Below, one piece after another: positions 39,375 to 48,054 of a stretch of 64,000 nucleotides of DNA; the stretch's first letter is position 1; every line of letters begins with the position of its first letter. The stretch lies in assembly GCA_020438295.1 (NCBI GenBank), contig JAGQUV010000006.1:1535-65534 (forward strand), given 5' to 3'. This DNA comes from Solirubrobacterales bacterium (lineage in GTDB: Bacteria; Actinomycetota; Thermoleophilia; Solirubrobacterales; 70-9). The notes under the pieces are model-generated. The model was not told where the DNA came from. It worked only from the letters and a program-made list of their open reading frames with translations, and did not search any database. A program made the position numbers and the translations under genes.

Positions 39375-41354
39375 CTACCGACGGACCAGCTTCACCTTGC
39401 GGCTGACCGTCCTGTCCGGGCAGTCCCCGCCCGGCCGGTAGGCCAGCCTGATCGTTACCTTCACCTTTCCCTTCTTCATCAGGGCCTTGGCCGCCTTGCC
39501 CCTGGCCTTGACCTTCAGCCTTCCCCTGCCATTGGCGCCGACCTTTCCCGACGACTTCTTCACCTTCTTCGAGCCCTTGACGATCACCTTGCCCTTGCCG
39601 CCGGTCTGCACCTTCAGGCTGGCGGTGCCCCGCTTCCTGTTGCGTTTCAGCCTGTTCGTCTTCAGCTTCTTCGGCGGGCAGACTGCCGGGTCGGCCTCGA
39701 AGTCAGCCGAGACCGACTTCGCCTCGTCCATGGTCACCTCACAGCCCGGCTCCGTGCCGCTGCAGGAGCCGTTCCAACCGCTGAACCTGTAACCGGTCGC
39801 CGGAGTGGCGGTAAGGGTGACTCTGGTGAACGAGCCGTAGTCGGCCAGGCATAAGGAGCCGCAATCGATTCCCGATGGGTTCGACGTGACCGTGCCTCGT
39901 GACCCGTTCGGAACGAACACGGCCAGCGTGTACTCCGGAGCGAGGGTCGAGATCGAGTAGATCAGAAACGGGTTGGACCGGCGCCAGACGGCTGTTGCCC
40001 TACCGTCAGGTCCGACTGCGACCTCAGAAAAGCTCGAAGGTTGGCCCTCTGGCGAGATGATCTGGGTCGGTCCGAACGCCCCGCCCGGGAGCCGCGTACG
40101 TGATTCGACCCGATCGGCGACTCCGTCGAAGCGGGACCAGACCACGACCTCGGATCCGTCGAGGCCGGCCGATATCACCGGCTGTTCCGCCGATGCTCCG
40201 CTTTGGGACAGGTCGATCGTTGGTCCGAACTGTCCGCCCGGGGGTTGCGATCGCGTCTCGGCGATGTCATAGGGGCCGTCGGATCTGGACCAAACCGCAG
40301 TGACCGTGCCGTCGGGACCCACCGCCAGCCGCGGATCGGACGCGGGCTGTCCGGGTGTCGACAGGCTTTGCGTCTGCCCGAAGCCGCCACCGGGAGGCCT
40401 GGTCCTGACCTGCGGGAAGAAATCAACGCCGAACCGCCGGTGCCAACCCACCGCGACCGTTCCATCCGGGCCGATCGCCACTGCCGGCTGGGACGTGCTG
40501 GCGCCTATCGTGGTCAGATCCTCGACCGGACCGAAGCTGCCACCTGGCGGGCGGGTGCTCACCTGCACTTTGTGGTCGCTGCCGTTGTTGCGTCGCCAGA
40601 CCGCCGTGGTGGTTCCGTCGGGGGCGGTCACCACCTGAGAGGCACCCGAGTGCTCGCCCGGTTGGGACAGCAGCACTTCGGGCCCGAATGCTCTTCCGGG
40701 GGGTGCGGTCCGGGCCCGAACGATCGAATGGGTCCCGTTGGTCCCGTTCCAGGTCACGGTTGTGGTGCCGTCAGATCCGATCGACAGGGCGGGAGGTCCG
40801 ATTCCGGGCCCGGGGGTGTTCAGGTTCTGGATCGGTTCCAGGGCTCCACCGGACGACCTGGTTCTGGTGACCAAGGTCGTGTTGACACCGTCAAACGACG
40901 CCCAGACTGCGCGGATCGTGCCGTCCGGACCCACGGCCAGGACGGGCTGGCTCGCGTCCGAGCCAGCGGGGGAGAGGCTCTCTATCGGTCCGAACTCGCC
41001 AGCCGGTGGCCGGACCCGCGCCTGGAGGATCGAGTCGGCGCCCGGCGTGAACCGCCAGTAGACGACCGTCGTCCCCTCCGGTCCGGTTGCGACTTTCGGG
41101 GAGGCCGAGATGGCGTTGAGAGGGGAAAGCGGCCGGGCCGGTGAGACCCAGGGGCCCGGTGGCACCGTTTTCGCCCGGTCCGGCATCGCGATGGCCAGTG
41201 CCAGGAGCGAAACGAGGGCCGCTACCGTCGCAAAGCCTCCTGTCCGACGACGAAATATCAACGGTGAGATGCCGGTCTGTTCGACTTCACTTGCTGGGAA
41301 CTGCCCCACCTCCCTCGCGTTTCTGACTCTAGTCCGCAACCAGTCGTGATGCAA
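39375..41354 (-). CDS. secreted repeat protein: signal peptide, 8 x 51-aa propeller-like repeats, InlB-B-repeat-like domain, Lys-rich C-terminal module
   Basis: The track ORF starts at TTG 41354. A better start is the in-frame TTG at 41261, giving M-IFRRRTGGFATVAALVSLLALAIA/MP, a classic signal peptide. The repeats are marked by G-P-D-G-T at aa 91, 142, 193, 244, 295, 346, 397 and 448. The segment GTVTSNPSGIDCGSLC...GYRFSGWNGSCSG resembles the divergent InlB B-repeat. Confidence 0.85.
   Translation of the reverse strand: MHHDWLRTRVRNAREVGQFPASEVEQTGISPLIFRRRTGGFATVAALVSLLALAIAMPDRAKTVPPGPWVSPARPLSPLNAISASPKVATGPEGTTVVYWRFTPGADSILQARVRPPAGEFGPIESLSPAGSDASQPVLAVGPDGTIRAVWASFDGVNTTLVTRTRSSGGALEPIQNLNTPGPGIGPPALSIGSDGTTTVTWNGTNGTHSIVRARTAPPGRAFGPEVLLSQPGEHSGASQVVTAPDGTTTAVWRRNNGSDHKVQVSTRPPGGSFGPVEDLTTIGASTSQPAVAIGPDGTVAVGWHRRFGVDFFPQVRTRPPGGGFGQTQSLSTPGQPASDPRLAVGPDGTVTAVWSRSDGPYDIAETRSQPPGGQFGPTIDLSQSGASAEQPVISAGLDGSEVVVWSRFDGVADRVESRTRLPGGAFGPTQIISPEGQPSSFSEVAVGPDGRATAVWRRSNPFLIYSISTLAPEYTLAVFVPNGSRGTVTSNPSGIDCGSLCLADYGSFTRVTLTATPATGYRFSGWNGSCSGTEPGCEVTMDEAKSVSADFEADPAVCPPKKLKTNRLKRNRKRGTASLKVQTGGKGKVIVKGSKKVKKSSGKVGANGRGRLKVKARGKAAKALMKKGKVKVTIRLAYRPGGDCPDRTVSRKVKLVRR
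39960..41147 (-). repeat. eight tandem in-frame coding repeats, period 153 nt (51 aa)
   Basis: The consensus by eye is R-x-R-P-P-G-G-x-F-G-P-x-x-x-L-S-x-x-G-x-x-x-x-x-P-x-x-A-x-G-P-D-G-T-x-x-A-V-W-x-R. The GPDG anchor recurs at exactly 51-residue spacing. Confidence 0.85.
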
Positions 41355-41399
41355 CCGGCTATGCGGGATGGTCAGGGACCGGTCGCTCCGGACGGACGG

Positions 41400-42674
41400 T
41401 CAGTCGCCCTCGAGGCTGCGCGCGGCCCGCTGCCGCTCCTCGAGCGGGATCTCGAGGCTGCCGGCGGGGCCGGGGCCGGACGGGACCAGGACGTCCGGCT
41501 CGGCCTGGCCGGCGAAGACCGAGGAGAGTGCGAGCTGCGGCATCGCGATGAAGCCGATGTCGGAGACGAAGGCCTTGGGCGCGGTCCAGCCGATGATCGG
41601 GCCCTTGATGAAGTTGTAAGGCAGCCGGAGCGGGGAGGTGAGGCGGTTCTTGATCCCGGACATGATCGCCTGCTGGGCTGCGGCCCGGTCCAGGTCGTCG
41701 TAGCCCTGGGAGAACGCGCTGGTGCCATTTCCGGGGCAGGGGCTCGGCTTGCGGGTCCGGGCATAGGCCAGCGCATCCTCGCCGTTCAGGGTGTTGTCGC
41801 CCTTCTTGAGCCGGATCGTCCAGCCACCGTTGGCCTCGCCGCCGGAGATGTCGGCGCAGAGTGCCTCCGGAACGTCCACCTCGACTCCGCCGATCGCGTC
41901 GATGAAGTCCTCGAAGCCGGTGAAGTTCATGATCACCACGTGGTCGATCGGTATGCCGAGGAAGTCGGAGACGGTCCGCTCCTGCAGTGCGGCCCCGCCG
42001 AACGCGTAGGCGGCGTTGATCTTCTGCGAGCCGTTGCCGGGGATCTCGGCGTAGCTGTCGCGGGGGATCGAGAGTTTCTTGAACTGGCCACCGCCTGCGC
42101 GGACCACCATCAGGGTGTCGGCCCGGGCCCCGGCGCAGCCGTCGTGCGGGGCCTCGCCGGTCGCCTGCTGTTCGTAGCAGCGTTCCTCCTGGGCCGCGCC
42201 CGGCTCCAGCGTGTCGGGGCTGCGCGAGTCGGTGCCGATGACCAGGATGTTCTGGGCAGTCGGGAGGAGCCAGGGAGTTCCCTGAAGGGCGTCCCTGGCG
42301 TCGCCGTCGAGCTTCATCGACTGGATCTGGGCCGACACCGAGAAGGCGAGCAAGCTGAGCAACATCCAGCCGAACGCCGCGATCGCACCCCACTTCAGCC
42401 AGCGCCGCCAGCGTGGCGGCCGGTTTGCGGCCTCTTCCGCCGCGCGTGCGCGCGCCGTGCGCGGAGCGGCTACCGGTCCCTGGCGGTGCACCTCATACGG
42501 CGGTTTCTCGCGCTTTCCGCGGTCCGTTCCCCGGGCGCCTGACTGCTTGGACTGGGACTTCTTTCGCAGCGACTCGAGGTCGGGTTTGCGAAAGCGGGAG
42601 AATGGGCCGCGGCGCGAACGGTACACCCGGTATTCGGGCTTGCCGGGAGGGCGCTGGTCGTCGTCGGAAGGCAT
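41400..42674 (-). CDS. LytR-CpsA-Psr (LCP) family cell-wall glycopolymer ligase
   Basis: The protein has a basic cytoplasmic N-terminus and a single TM segment. The LCP core is present: ILVIGTDSR, RADTLMVVR, LSIPRDSY and KINAAYAFGG. Confidence 0.88.
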   Translation of the reverse strand: MPSDDDQRPPGKPEYRVYRSRRGPFSRFRKPDLESLRKKSQSKQSGARGTDRGKREKPPYEVHRQGPVAAPRTARARAAEEAANRPPRWRRWLKWGAIAAFGWMLLSLLAFSVSAQIQSMKLDGDARDALQGTPWLLPTAQNILVIGTDSRSPDTLEPGAAQEERCYEQQATGEAPHDGCAGARADTLMVVRAGGGQFKKLSIPRDSYAEIPGNGSQKINAAYAFGGAALQERTVSDFLGIPIDHVVIMNFTGFEDFIDAIGGVEVDVPEALCADISGGEANGGWTIRLKKGDNTLNGEDALAYARTRKPSPCPGNGTSAFSQGYDDLDRAAAQQAIMSGIKNRLTSPLRLPYNFIKGPIIGWTAPKAFVSDIGFIAMPQLALSSVFAGQAEPDVLVPSGPGPAGSLEIPLEERQRAARSLEGD

Positions 42675-42696
42675 GAAGGGCTAAGAATGGTGGCTG

Positions 42697-43656
42697 ATGA
42701 ATCAGGTTGAAACGATCGGAGTTGATCTCGGCGGCACGAAACTGGCGGTCGGCGTGATCGGCGACGGCCCGGAAGCGGTCTTCTCGAATGAGGTCTCTTC
42801 AGGTGGATATTCGCAAGAAGCGGTGGTTGACCTCCTGGCCGGCCAGATCGGCGAGGCCCGCGAGGCCCACCCCGGGGCGGCTGCCGCCGGCGTCGGTATA
42901 CCGGCCACCATGGACTTCGAGGCCGGCCATGCGATCAGCACGGTCAACCTCGACCTGGCCGACCTGCCGGTACGCGACATGCTGACCGAGCGGCTGGGGA
43001 TGCCGGTAGTGATCGACAACGACGCCAACACGGCGATGCTGGCCGAGGCAGTGTACGGCGCGGCCAGGGGATCCCGACACGCGCTGATGCTCACGCTCGG
43101 CACCGGCATCGGAGGTGGGATCTGGCTCGATGGGGAGATTTTCAGGGGAGTCCGGGGCGCGGGCGCGGAGCTCGGGCACGTCGTGGTCGAGATCGACGGT
43201 CCCCGCTGCCAGGGCAACTGCCCCGGCTACGGCTGCGTCGAGACCTTCGCGTCCGGCACAGCGATCGGGCGCCAGGGGCGGGAAGCGGCACAGAGGGAGC
43301 CGGAGTCGGCGCTCGGGCTGCTGGCCGCCGCCGGTCAGGAGATCACCGCCCGCGAAGTGGCCTCGGCGGCCCGAGGCGGTGACCGGGCCGCGTCCGGCGT
43401 GATCGAGCGGGTCGGCCACTACCTCGGCACCGCCCTGGTTTCGCTGGTCAACATCTTCGAGCCCGAGGTGATCGTGCTGGGCGGGGGCGTGATGCGGATG
43501 GGCGATCTGCTGCTGGACCCCGTACGCCGGGAGCTGCGCCAGCGGGCACTGCCGCCGATGAACCGGACCGAGGTGGTCGCGGCCGAGCTGGGACCGGACG
43601 CCGGCATGATCGGTGCCGCCGCGTTGGCCCGGATCGAACTCGAGAAGCGAACCTGA
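42697..43656 (+). CDS. ROK family glucokinase
   Basis: GVDLGGTKLAVGV is present with the ROK Zn motif GHVVVEIDGPRCQGNCPGYGCVE. Confidence 0.88.
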   Translation: MNQVETIGVDLGGTKLAVGVIGDGPEAVFSNEVSSGGYSQEAVVDLLAGQIGEAREAHPGAAAAGVGIPATMDFEAGHAISTVNLDLADLPVRDMLTERLGMPVVIDNDANTAMLAEAVYGAARGSRHALMLTLGTGIGGGIWLDGEIFRGVRGAGAELGHVVVEIDGPRCQGNCPGYGCVETFASGTAIGRQGREAAQREPESALGLLAAAGQEITAREVASAARGGDRAASGVIERVGHYLGTALVSLVNIFEPEVIVLGGGVMRMGDLLLDPVRRELRQRALPPMNRTEVVAAELGPDAGMIGAAALARIELEKRT

Positions 43657-44483
43657 TGCCGGGCCGCCTGACCATATGCCCGACCCCGATCGGCAACGTC
43701 GGCGACGTCACCCGTCGCATGCGGGAGGCCCTGGTCGAGGCCGACTACGTCGCCTGCGAAGACACGCGCCGGACCGGCCGGCTCCTGGAGCGGCTCGAGA
43801 TAAGCCCGAAACCCCGGCTGGTCTCCAACCACGAGGGAAACGAGAAGTCCAGGGCGACCGAGCTGGTCAAGCGGATCGAGCGGGGGGAGCGCATCACGCT
43901 GGTCTCCGATGCCGGGATGCCGGCGATCTCGGATCCGGGCTACCGGCTGATCCGGGCCTGTATCGAACGCGGACTCGAGGTCGAGGTCCTGCCGGGACCC
44001 TCGGTGATCCCCGTGGCACTGGTGGCGTCCGGGCTGCCGACCGACCATTGGCGGTTCGAGGGGTTCCTGCCGAAGCGGGCCGGCGAGATCGAACGGGTAC
44101 TGAACACGACCGAGACGGTGGTCGCGTTCGAGTCGCCGCGACGGATTTCGAAGTCGCTGGCGGCGCTGGCCTCGCTCGCCCCGGAGCGGCAGGCAGCGGT
44201 CTGCCGGGAGATGACCAAGCTGCACGAGGAGGTCACCCGCGGCACCCTGGCCGAGCTGGCGCTGCGGTACAAGGGAGAGGTCAAAGGCGAGATCGTCCTG
44301 GTCATCGGCCCGGCCGAGTCGGCCGGTCACGGTCACGACATCGCGTTTGCGGTCGAGGCGCTGAAGCGGCTGGTCAAGGCCGGGGCCAGGCCGAGGGCCG
44401 CCGCCACCGTGGTCGCCTCGCTGACCGACACCAGGGCCAACGACCTCTACAAGGCGCTGACCGGCAGGGAGCCGCGACGATAG
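43656..44483 (+). CDS. rsmI: 16S rRNA (cytidine1402-2'-O)-methyltransferase
   Basis: LTICPTPIGNVGDVT, VACEDTRRTG and SDAGMPAISDPG are present. There is a TGATG overlap with the glucokinase gene. Confidence 0.92.
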   Translation: MPGRLTICPTPIGNVGDVTRRMREALVEADYVACEDTRRTGRLLERLEISPKPRLVSNHEGNEKSRATELVKRIERGERITLVSDAGMPAISDPGYRLIRACIERGLEVEVLPGPSVIPVALVASGLPTDHWRFEGFLPKRAGEIERVLNTTETVVAFESPRRISKSLAALASLAPERQAAVCREMTKLHEEVTRGTLAELALRYKGEVKGEIVLVIGPAESAGHGHDIAFAVEALKRLVKAGARPRAAATVVASLTDTRANDLYKALTGREPRR

Positions 44484-44507
44484 CCGGCCCGAGCGGCTGA
44501 CAGGCAG

Positions 44508-46001
44508 ATGAGCTATTACGTAACCACCCCGATCTACTACGGCAACGGCGAGCCCCATCTCGGGCACGCCTATTCGACCATGGCCGCCGACATCCTGGCC
44601 CGCCACATGCGGCAGCGGGGCGAAGACGTCTTCATGCTGACCGGGACCGACGAGCACGGCGAGCCGATCGCGCAGGCGGCCGAGAAAGAGGGCATCACCC
44701 CACAGCAGCTGGTCGATCGCAGCGCCGCCCAGTTCCAGGACATGGTCGGCAAAGTCGACTCCACCCACGACTTCTTCATCCGGACCACCGACCGCGGCCA
44801 CATCGAACGGGTCCAGCAGGTGGTCAACCGGGTCAAGGAGAACGGCCACGTCTACAAGGGCATCTACGAAGGCTGGTACTGCCCCCGCTGTGCCGACTTC
44901 AAGTCCGACAACGAGATCGGGCCGGGTGATACCTGCCTGATCCACGAGACGCCGCTCCAGCGGGAGGAAGAGGAGAACTGGTTCTTCCGGCTCTCGGCCT
45001 TCCAGGAACCGCTGGAGAAGCTCTACGAGGAGAACCCGGGCATGATCGAGCCCGACTTCCGTCGCAACGAGGCGCTCGCCTTCATTCGTTCCGGGCTGCG
45101 TGACGTGTCGCTTTCGCGCTCGAAGCTCTCCTGGGGGGTGCCGCTGCCCTGGGACCCCGACCAGGTGATGTACGTCTGGTTCGACGCGCTGCTCAACTAC
45201 TACACCGCGCTCAGCTACGCCCGCCAGGGTGAGGACCTTACCGAGAAGTTCTGGCCGGCCTCCTGGCACATCCTGGCCAAGGACATCCTCAAGTTCCACG
45301 CGGTCTACTGGCCGGCGTTCCTGCTGGCTGCCGGGCTGGAGCCACCGCAACGGATGTTCATCCACGGGTACCTGCTGATGGGCGAGAAGAAGATGTCGAA
45401 GTCGCTAGGAAATGTGCTCGACCCGTTCGAGGTGATCGAACGGTTCGGTGCCGACGCGCTTCGCTACTACTGCTTCCGCGAGGTCACGTTCGGTCAGGAC
45501 GGCTCGATCTCGACAGCCGGGTTCGAGGCCCGCTACGAGACCGAGCTGGCCAACGACTTCGGCAACCTCGCATCGCGCACCCTGGCGATGGTCGGCCGGT
45601 ACAGGGACGGGATCTTGCCGGCAGCGGAGCCCGACCCGCTGCTTACGGCCGACTTCGACGGCATCGTGGGGCGGGTCGGCGCGCTGCTCGACCAGGCTCA
45701 GATCGGTCAGGCCCTGGAAGAAATCTGGGTCCTGGTTCGGCGACTGAACCGGTACGTCGAAGAGTCCCAGCCCTGGGTACTGGCCAAGTCGGACGGGGAC
45801 GCGGTCCGGCTCGACCAGGTGCTGTACAGCCTGGCCGAGGGCCTCCGCGTCGTCTCGGTCCTGCTCCACCCTTATCTGCCGAACTCGAGCGCGACCCTGC
45901 TCCGCGCCCTGGGTGAGCCATCACTCGAGCTGTCCGGGTTCGGGGCACGCCCCGGCGGGCAGCACGTCGAACGGATCGAGCCGCTCTTTCCCAAGCTCTG
46001 A
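44508..46001 (+). CDS. metG: methionine--tRNA ligase (short form)
   Basis: The HIGH-type motif PHLGHAYS and KMSKS are present, with CPRC in the connective peptide. The product is 497 aa. Confidence 0.95.
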   Translation: MSYYVTTPIYYGNGEPHLGHAYSTMAADILARHMRQRGEDVFMLTGTDEHGEPIAQAAEKEGITPQQLVDRSAAQFQDMVGKVDSTHDFFIRTTDRGHIERVQQVVNRVKENGHVYKGIYEGWYCPRCADFKSDNEIGPGDTCLIHETPLQREEEENWFFRLSAFQEPLEKLYEENPGMIEPDFRRNEALAFIRSGLRDVSLSRSKLSWGVPLPWDPDQVMYVWFDALLNYYTALSYARQGEDLTEKFWPASWHILAKDILKFHAVYWPAFLLAAGLEPPQRMFIHGYLLMGEKKMSKSLGNVLDPFEVIERFGADALRYYCFREVTFGQDGSISTAGFEARYETELANDFGNLASRTLAMVGRYRDGILPAAEPDPLLTADFDGIVGRVGALLDQAQIGQALEEIWVLVRRLNRYVEESQPWVLAKSDGDAVRLDQVLYSLAEGLRVVSVLLHPYLPNSSATLLRALGEPSLELSGFGARPGGQHVERIEPLFPKL

Positions 46002-46064
46002 ACCGGCCCGTCTCCCGGCTAGAATCGGCAAGCGGTTTCATCGACAACGGCGCCGGAGGCGAGA

Positions 46065-46487
46065 ATGCTTAGACAGATCACAGTACTGCTGACCATCGTC
46101 GCGCTCGGCGTGGCGCTGCCCGCGTCGGCGACCGCGGGTGGTCAGATCGACGCTCCGCCCAAGCTGAGGTTGAAGCTCACCACCCCGGACGGTAAGAAGA
46201 AGGTCAAGGTGGCGAAAAAGCTGAAGGTGATCTCGAGCTGCACGAACGACTGCCGGCTGACCGCGAAGATCAAGTTGATCACGCCGGCGAGCAATGTCAA
46301 AGGAACCCTCAGCAACGCGGTCCCGGCGAACAGGATCTACCAGATGCATCTGAAACTGACCGGGTTCGGACTGAGGTATCTGAAGAAGAACTACAGAAAG
46401 TCGCGGCTCAAGGTGAAGTTGACCGCGGTTGACGCGCTCACCGGCGAAAAGGCGATCAAGTCAAAGACGTTCCGCTTCCGGAAATAG
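46065..46487 (+). CDS. small secreted Lys-rich protein (stand-alone copy of the Lys-rich module)
   Basis: The signal peptide is MLRQITVLLTIVALGVALPASATA. The mature part is rich in K-x-K strands (LRLKLTT, KKKVKVAKKLKV, RLKVKLTAVD, KTFRFRK). It is an AT-rich codon island in GC-rich DNA. Confidence 0.75.
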   Translation: MLRQITVLLTIVALGVALPASATAGGQIDAPPKLRLKLTTPDGKKKVKVAKKLKVISSCTNDCRLTAKIKLITPASNVKGTLSNAVPANRIYQMHLKLTGFGLRYLKKNYRKSRLKVKLTAVDALTGEKAIKSKTFRFRK

Positions 46488-46493
46488 CCGCGC

Positions 46494-47261
46494 TTGATTG
46501 ATTCGCACGCCCATGTGACCCGTTGCCGCGAGGACGCGGACGAGCTCCTGGCGGCGGCCGGGGAGGCCGGCCTGACCCGGATCCTCACGGTCGGACTGGA
46601 CGAGGCCTCGAACCGGGAGCAGATCGCCCTGGCCGAGGCCCACGACCAGGTCTTCGCCGCGGTCGGCCGCCACCCCAACGACGCCGATGGTTTCGACCGG
46701 GCCGCGGCCGACGACATCGAGAGCCTGGCCGCCCACGAGAAGGTGGTTGCTATCGGTGAGACCGGGCTCGATTTCTACCGCGACACGGCGACACCGGACA
46801 GTCAGCGTGCCGCATTCGAGGCCCAGGTCGCAATCGCCGGCCGGCTCGGTCTGCCGGTGGTGATCCACATGCGCGACGCCGAGGGAGAGGAGCGGGCGGT
46901 GGCCGAATCGTTCGAGACCCTCGACCGGGCCGGCCCTGGCCTCGAAGTCGTCCTCCACTGCTTCTCGGCCCCGGAATGGGTGGAGCGGGCGGGCGAGCGT
47001 GGCTGGTACTGCTCGTTTGCCGGCAACGTCACCTACCCGGCCAGCGAGGCGCTGCGCGAGGCGGCGGTGAAGGTCCCCGACGACCGGATCCTGGTCGAAA
47101 CCGATGCCCCGTACCTGACCCCCCAGTCGAAGCGCCGCGACCGCAACCAGCCGGCCTTCGTGGTCGAGACGGCCGGGCTGGTGGCCGACCTGCGCGGGGT
47201 CGGATACGACGAGCTCGAGGCGACCGTCGCGGCCAACGCCGCCCGGCTGTTCGGGTGGTGA
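46494..47261 (+). CDS. tatD: TatD family hydrolase (metal-dependent DNase)
   Basis: IDSHAHV, GETGLDFY, VIHMRDA and ETDAPYL are present. The start is TTG. Confidence 0.9.
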   Translation: MIDSHAHVTRCREDADELLAAAGEAGLTRILTVGLDEASNREQIALAEAHDQVFAAVGRHPNDADGFDRAAADDIESLAAHEKVVAIGETGLDFYRDTATPDSQRAAFEAQVAIAGRLGLPVVIHMRDAEGEERAVAESFETLDRAGPGLEVVLHCFSAPEWVERAGERGWYCSFAGNVTYPASEALREAAVKVPDDRILVETDAPYLTPQSKRRDRNQPAFVVETAGLVADLRGVGYDELEATVAANAARLFGW

Positions 47262-48025
47262 GGCTGGGCCAGAATTTTCTGGCCGATCCGAACCTGCTCG
47301 ATGCGATCGTCCGGGATTCGGGGGTCGGAGCGCACGACTGCGTGCTGGAAGTCGGCCCCGGGGAAGGAATCCTGACCGCGCGCCTGGCCGCAGTCTGCGG
47401 TCACGTGCACGCGATCGAGCTGGACCGCGGGCTCGAGCCGGCGCTGGCCGGGGTGGCAGCGCTGGACAAGGTCGACCTGGTCTGGGGCGACGCGGTCAGG
47501 GTTGAACTCGACGGTCTGGATCCGCCGCCGACCGCGATGGTCGCGAACCTGCCCTATGCGGTCGCCACGCCGGTGATCATGCGCACGATCTTCGAGCTCC
47601 CGTCGATCCAGGGCTGGACCGTGATGGTCCAGCGCGAGATCGCCGACCGGCTGCGGGCCGAACCGGGGTCCAGGACCTACGGTGCACCTTCGGTACTCGC
47701 TCAGTTGACCGGTGAGGTCCGGCTGGTACGGCCGGTCAGCCGGACCGTCTTCCGGCCACCGCCACGGGTCGACTCGGCGATCGTCTCGATCAGGCGTTCG
47801 GGGCCGGGGCCGGACGAGAAGACCAGAGCGGTCGTGAGGGGTGCGTTCAGCCACCGGAGAAAGGCCCTGCCCCGCTCGCTCGATCTGGCGATCCCGGGCA
47901 CGCTCGACCAGGCCCGGCGGGCGCTGGTCGGGCTCGGGCTCGATCCCGGGATCCGGGCCGAGGCGCTCACCCCGGAGCAGTTCGCGGCCCTCTCGGGGGC
48001 GATCGACCTGCCGGGCCCCGGATAG
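47255..48025 (+). CDS. rsmA: 16S rRNA (adenine1518/1519-N6)-dimethyltransferase
   Basis: RLGQNFLADPN, VLEVGPGEGILT and NLPYAV are present. The start is GTG at 47255/47258, overlapping the tatD stop. Confidence 0.92.
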   Translation: MVRLGQNFLADPNLLDAIVRDSGVGAHDCVLEVGPGEGILTARLAAVCGHVHAIELDRGLEPALAGVAALDKVDLVWGDAVRVELDGLDPPPTAMVANLPYAVATPVIMRTIFELPSIQGWTVMVQREIADRLRAEPGSRTYGAPSVLAQLTGEVRLVRPVSRTVFRPPPRVDSAIVSIRRSGPGPDEKTRAVVRGAFSHRRKALPRSLDLAIPGTLDQARRALVGLGLDPGIRAEALTPEQFAALSGAIDLPGPG

Positions 48026-48054
48026 CCGGGCGCCGCTCTATCGTGCGGTAGGCG

